The notes under the pieces: generated by a model
Databases searched by the model: none
What the model saw: the letters and a program-made list of their open reading frames with translations, nothing else
Told to the model about the DNA's origin: nothing
Assembly: GCA_050613775.1 (NCBI GenBank)
Contig: JBODTK010000115.1
Coordinates: forward strand, 496,001 to 521,318
Direction: 5' to 3'
DNA: 25,318 nt
Source of the DNA: Neocallimastix sp. 'constans'
Lineage: Eukaryota
Translations under genes and position numbers: made by a program
Shown: positions 22,709 through 25,318 of the stretch, one piece after another
Layout of the letters: every line of letters begins with the position of its first letter
How positions within the stretch are numbered: position 1 is the stretch's first letter

Positions 22709-23099
22709 AATTTTCAAAGAAAAAAGATAGATCATAATCTATCTTTTCCTTTAATATTTATTTTTCTTCTTTTCATTCATTTTTAATTAATTAATTAATT
22801 ATTTATTTATAATAATTTTTCATTTTCATTTTTATATTTATTCTTATTTTTATTTCTATTTCTATTGATTTTATTATTGGTTTTATTTATTTTTTATTAT
22901 TTATTTTTTTTATCAGTTTAATCCTGTAAATTATAGATATATCAATATATAATATACATATATAATAATAAAATAAAAAGTATTAATTAGAACATTCTAT
23001 TAAATTGTAAACTAAAAATACTAATTTTTTCTATTATTCTCCTCTAAACAAAGTATTGTAAAATCATTTGTTTACAAGGTGAATTTGTTATCTTTTAAT

Positions 23100-23340
23100 A
23101 TTTTTTATATCTTTGTTAATATATCATTTGAAAAATTTTTTTTTTTGGTTTCATAAAACCATTTGAAACCTAAAAAAATTTTTCAAATGGTCAAAGTATA
23201 TTTGTAAAATGAAGTTTACAGATATTCTTTCACATAATTACTTTCTTAAATTTTAGCAAATGAAACTTGAATCCAGTTATGAAGAAACTTCTTCAGATGA
23301 TATGATTAAAAAAATTTATGAATACTTCTTATAATATTGG

Positions 23341-23379
<39 letters not shown>

Positions 23380-24770
23380 AAGCTTTTTATCTCTACGGAA
23401 CTTTTTATCCCCCATATTATGCAAAGAAAACTTTTTAATGATAAATATTTAGCTTACACAAATATCAAACTTTTTTTTTTTTTTTTTTTTGATTATCCTT
23501 ATGTTGATGCTTTCTTGAATCAATTTATTCAATATCATGAATTAAGTGAAGACCATTATGAGAATGAAAAGAATTATTCGTTCAAACCGTTGTAAAGATA
23601 ATATTGTTGAAGTTTATAATTTTTTTTTTTTATTTCGAAGGATTATCACTGTTGGGCGGAAAGGTCATCTTTAAAAAAAGTTGCTAAACCTACCTATTCT
23701 ACCATATTCTCTCCCATCCCTATTCTATTAAATTCAAAAGTGGTCAAAAAAAAAATTTTTTTTTTTTTTTTCTTTAAGGATCAACTTATCGATGGAATGA
23801 ACATTATGAGAGATTTGGCATCAGATTCTACTGGTACATTAGTCTTGCTAGTGATTATTGAGGAAATGTTTTGCTGTAATAATCAATGTAATACTATTAC
23901 ATAGAAAATTATTTATAGTGTCTAATCTATTATTTTGATATTAGAAATACGATACTATCTACGAAAAGTAATAAAGCACCTGACTCAGATGGTATCCCTA
24001 TTGAATTTTATAAAGCCTTAAATAATCCCCAATTTAATTTAGGTTTTACCTAGATTTTAAGATTAAAATTTGGTTTCAAATACAACACTACTATTACTAT
24101 CAGAAGTGGTAGAGTTTTTTTTTTTTTTTTTTGACAATAATCTGAAAGTCTGCACACGCTGTGGAGAAGGTGAACAGTCATTCAATTCATCCATTGGATA
24201 TTCGAACGTTCTTCATTATATAGATACGAATCTTTTAGATTTCATTCAATGACCTTTTATATATATATATATATATAATATTTAATGATAAAATTAAGAC
24301 TCTTTCCTTATTAAAATATTCTAATATTTTATAATATGAAATTTTATCAACAAATAAATTTACATTTTCCTTCTTGATGAGTTTTCAACTTTACATGTGC
24401 AACAATTCGATAATTCAATACTGGGGAAACAGAGACATTTAAGTAAATAACTCTTAAAATAGTTCACAAGGGGTTTACCGTTAGGTATATAGTGTTATCT
24501 TGTATAAAAATAATACCTATCATTATTAATATCTCTCTTGAGTTACTTTATAATCGATTTAATAATAAACCCTTCAGTACCAAGAGTGTCGACAGTCGTA
24601 CCGATATGGCTTAGGAACAATACTATTAGTAATCACCATTATATATATTTCAAGTACAAATACTAACAGTCTAGTTCCACTCACAAAATCTAAGGAGAGT
24701 AATTTACTTAATAAGAATACTTCTGAATTTTCTGGGGGTGAGTTTAGTGGATACCACACTATCTATTTTA
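23100..24770 (+). mobile_element. Degenerate, internally deleted non-LTR retrotransposon (LINE) ORF2 remnant
   Basis: 23937-24020 reads DIRNTILSTKSNKAPDSDGIPIEFYKAL, matching the K(A/S)PGPDG.P.EFYK motif just before the LINE RT domain. About 23780-23840 gives frameshifted RWNEHYE/DLASDSTG (RW.EHF-like pre-RT motif). 24151-24215 gives CTRCGEGEQSF/IHWIFERSS, a decayed C-terminal CX2C-X8-H-X4-C knuckle with a 5-nt insertion and the last Cys changed to CGT. Stops, frameshifts and homopolymer insertions occur throughout. Outer boundaries are approximate. Confidence 0.8.
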
Positions 24771-25318
24771 AAGATGTTTTTTTTTTTTTTTTTTTTGTTT
24801 TGTTTTGTTTTATTATTTTAGATTTAAATGGTGATCTTGTTACTACACATAGTATACACTACACCCGAAATTTTTTCAACTTTTCAACTTTTGAACTTAA
24901 TTTTATTCATTATTACATTATATTAAAATTTCTATGATTAAATAAAAGAAAAAAATTTTTTTATTATAAAATTTTTATTATTTTTTATTTTACTTTTTCT
25001 TTTATTTACATTATAATTTTATCTTTAAATTATATAATGTTTTTTTTTTTTTTTTTAAAAAAAAAAATGTAATACATAAAAATATAATTATCTATTTAAT
25101 AAAGCACTAGAAGTGTGTTTTCTTCCTAGTTTAAGAAATAAAATAAAAAAAAATTAATATAGTAAAACTTTTTTTTATTATTTTTTTTTTTTTTTGTCCG
25201 TCATAGTACAAACCTTAATAATTTTCCTTCAGATAACGGAATCAGATTTGAATTTTAAATTTTTTTTTTAGGTATATTGAAATTTTAAGATTCAAATTTT
25301 TTTAATTAAATTTTATTT

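Overview
Extremely AT-rich eukaryotic genomic DNA with long poly(A)/poly(T) runs, microsatellites and GT-AG introns. Composition and a fungal-type eIF2-alpha suggest an anaerobic gut fungus (Neocallimastigomycota); this assignment is inference. There are four main genes: (1) an intronless 587-aa Ser/Asn-rich, probably disordered protein (4009-5772, +); (2) an intronless orphan of about 444 aa with internal repeats (10084-11418, +); (3) a bacterial-type nitronate monooxygenase/FabK-like flavoenzyme (15550-14598, -), split by one -1 frameshift at a T-TTA-AAA-AAA slippery/homopolymer site and lacking the family's catalytic His; (4) a 7-exon eIF2-alpha (SUI2) gene (19714-22118, +, 346 aa) with an N-terminal extension and an insertion of about 20 aa. 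The intergenic DNA holds decayed coding relics missed by the ORF track: an internally deleted non-LTR retrotransposon (about 23100-24770) with the RT core missing, a possible second LINE tail (about 12050-12250, -), a Cys-rich protein pseudogene, an ankyrin-repeat relic and a possible LRR relic. A 61-62 bp minisatellite lies upstream of the flavoenzyme gene. No rRNA, tRNA or CRISPR array was recognised. Most short ORFs in the track are homopolymer artefacts.
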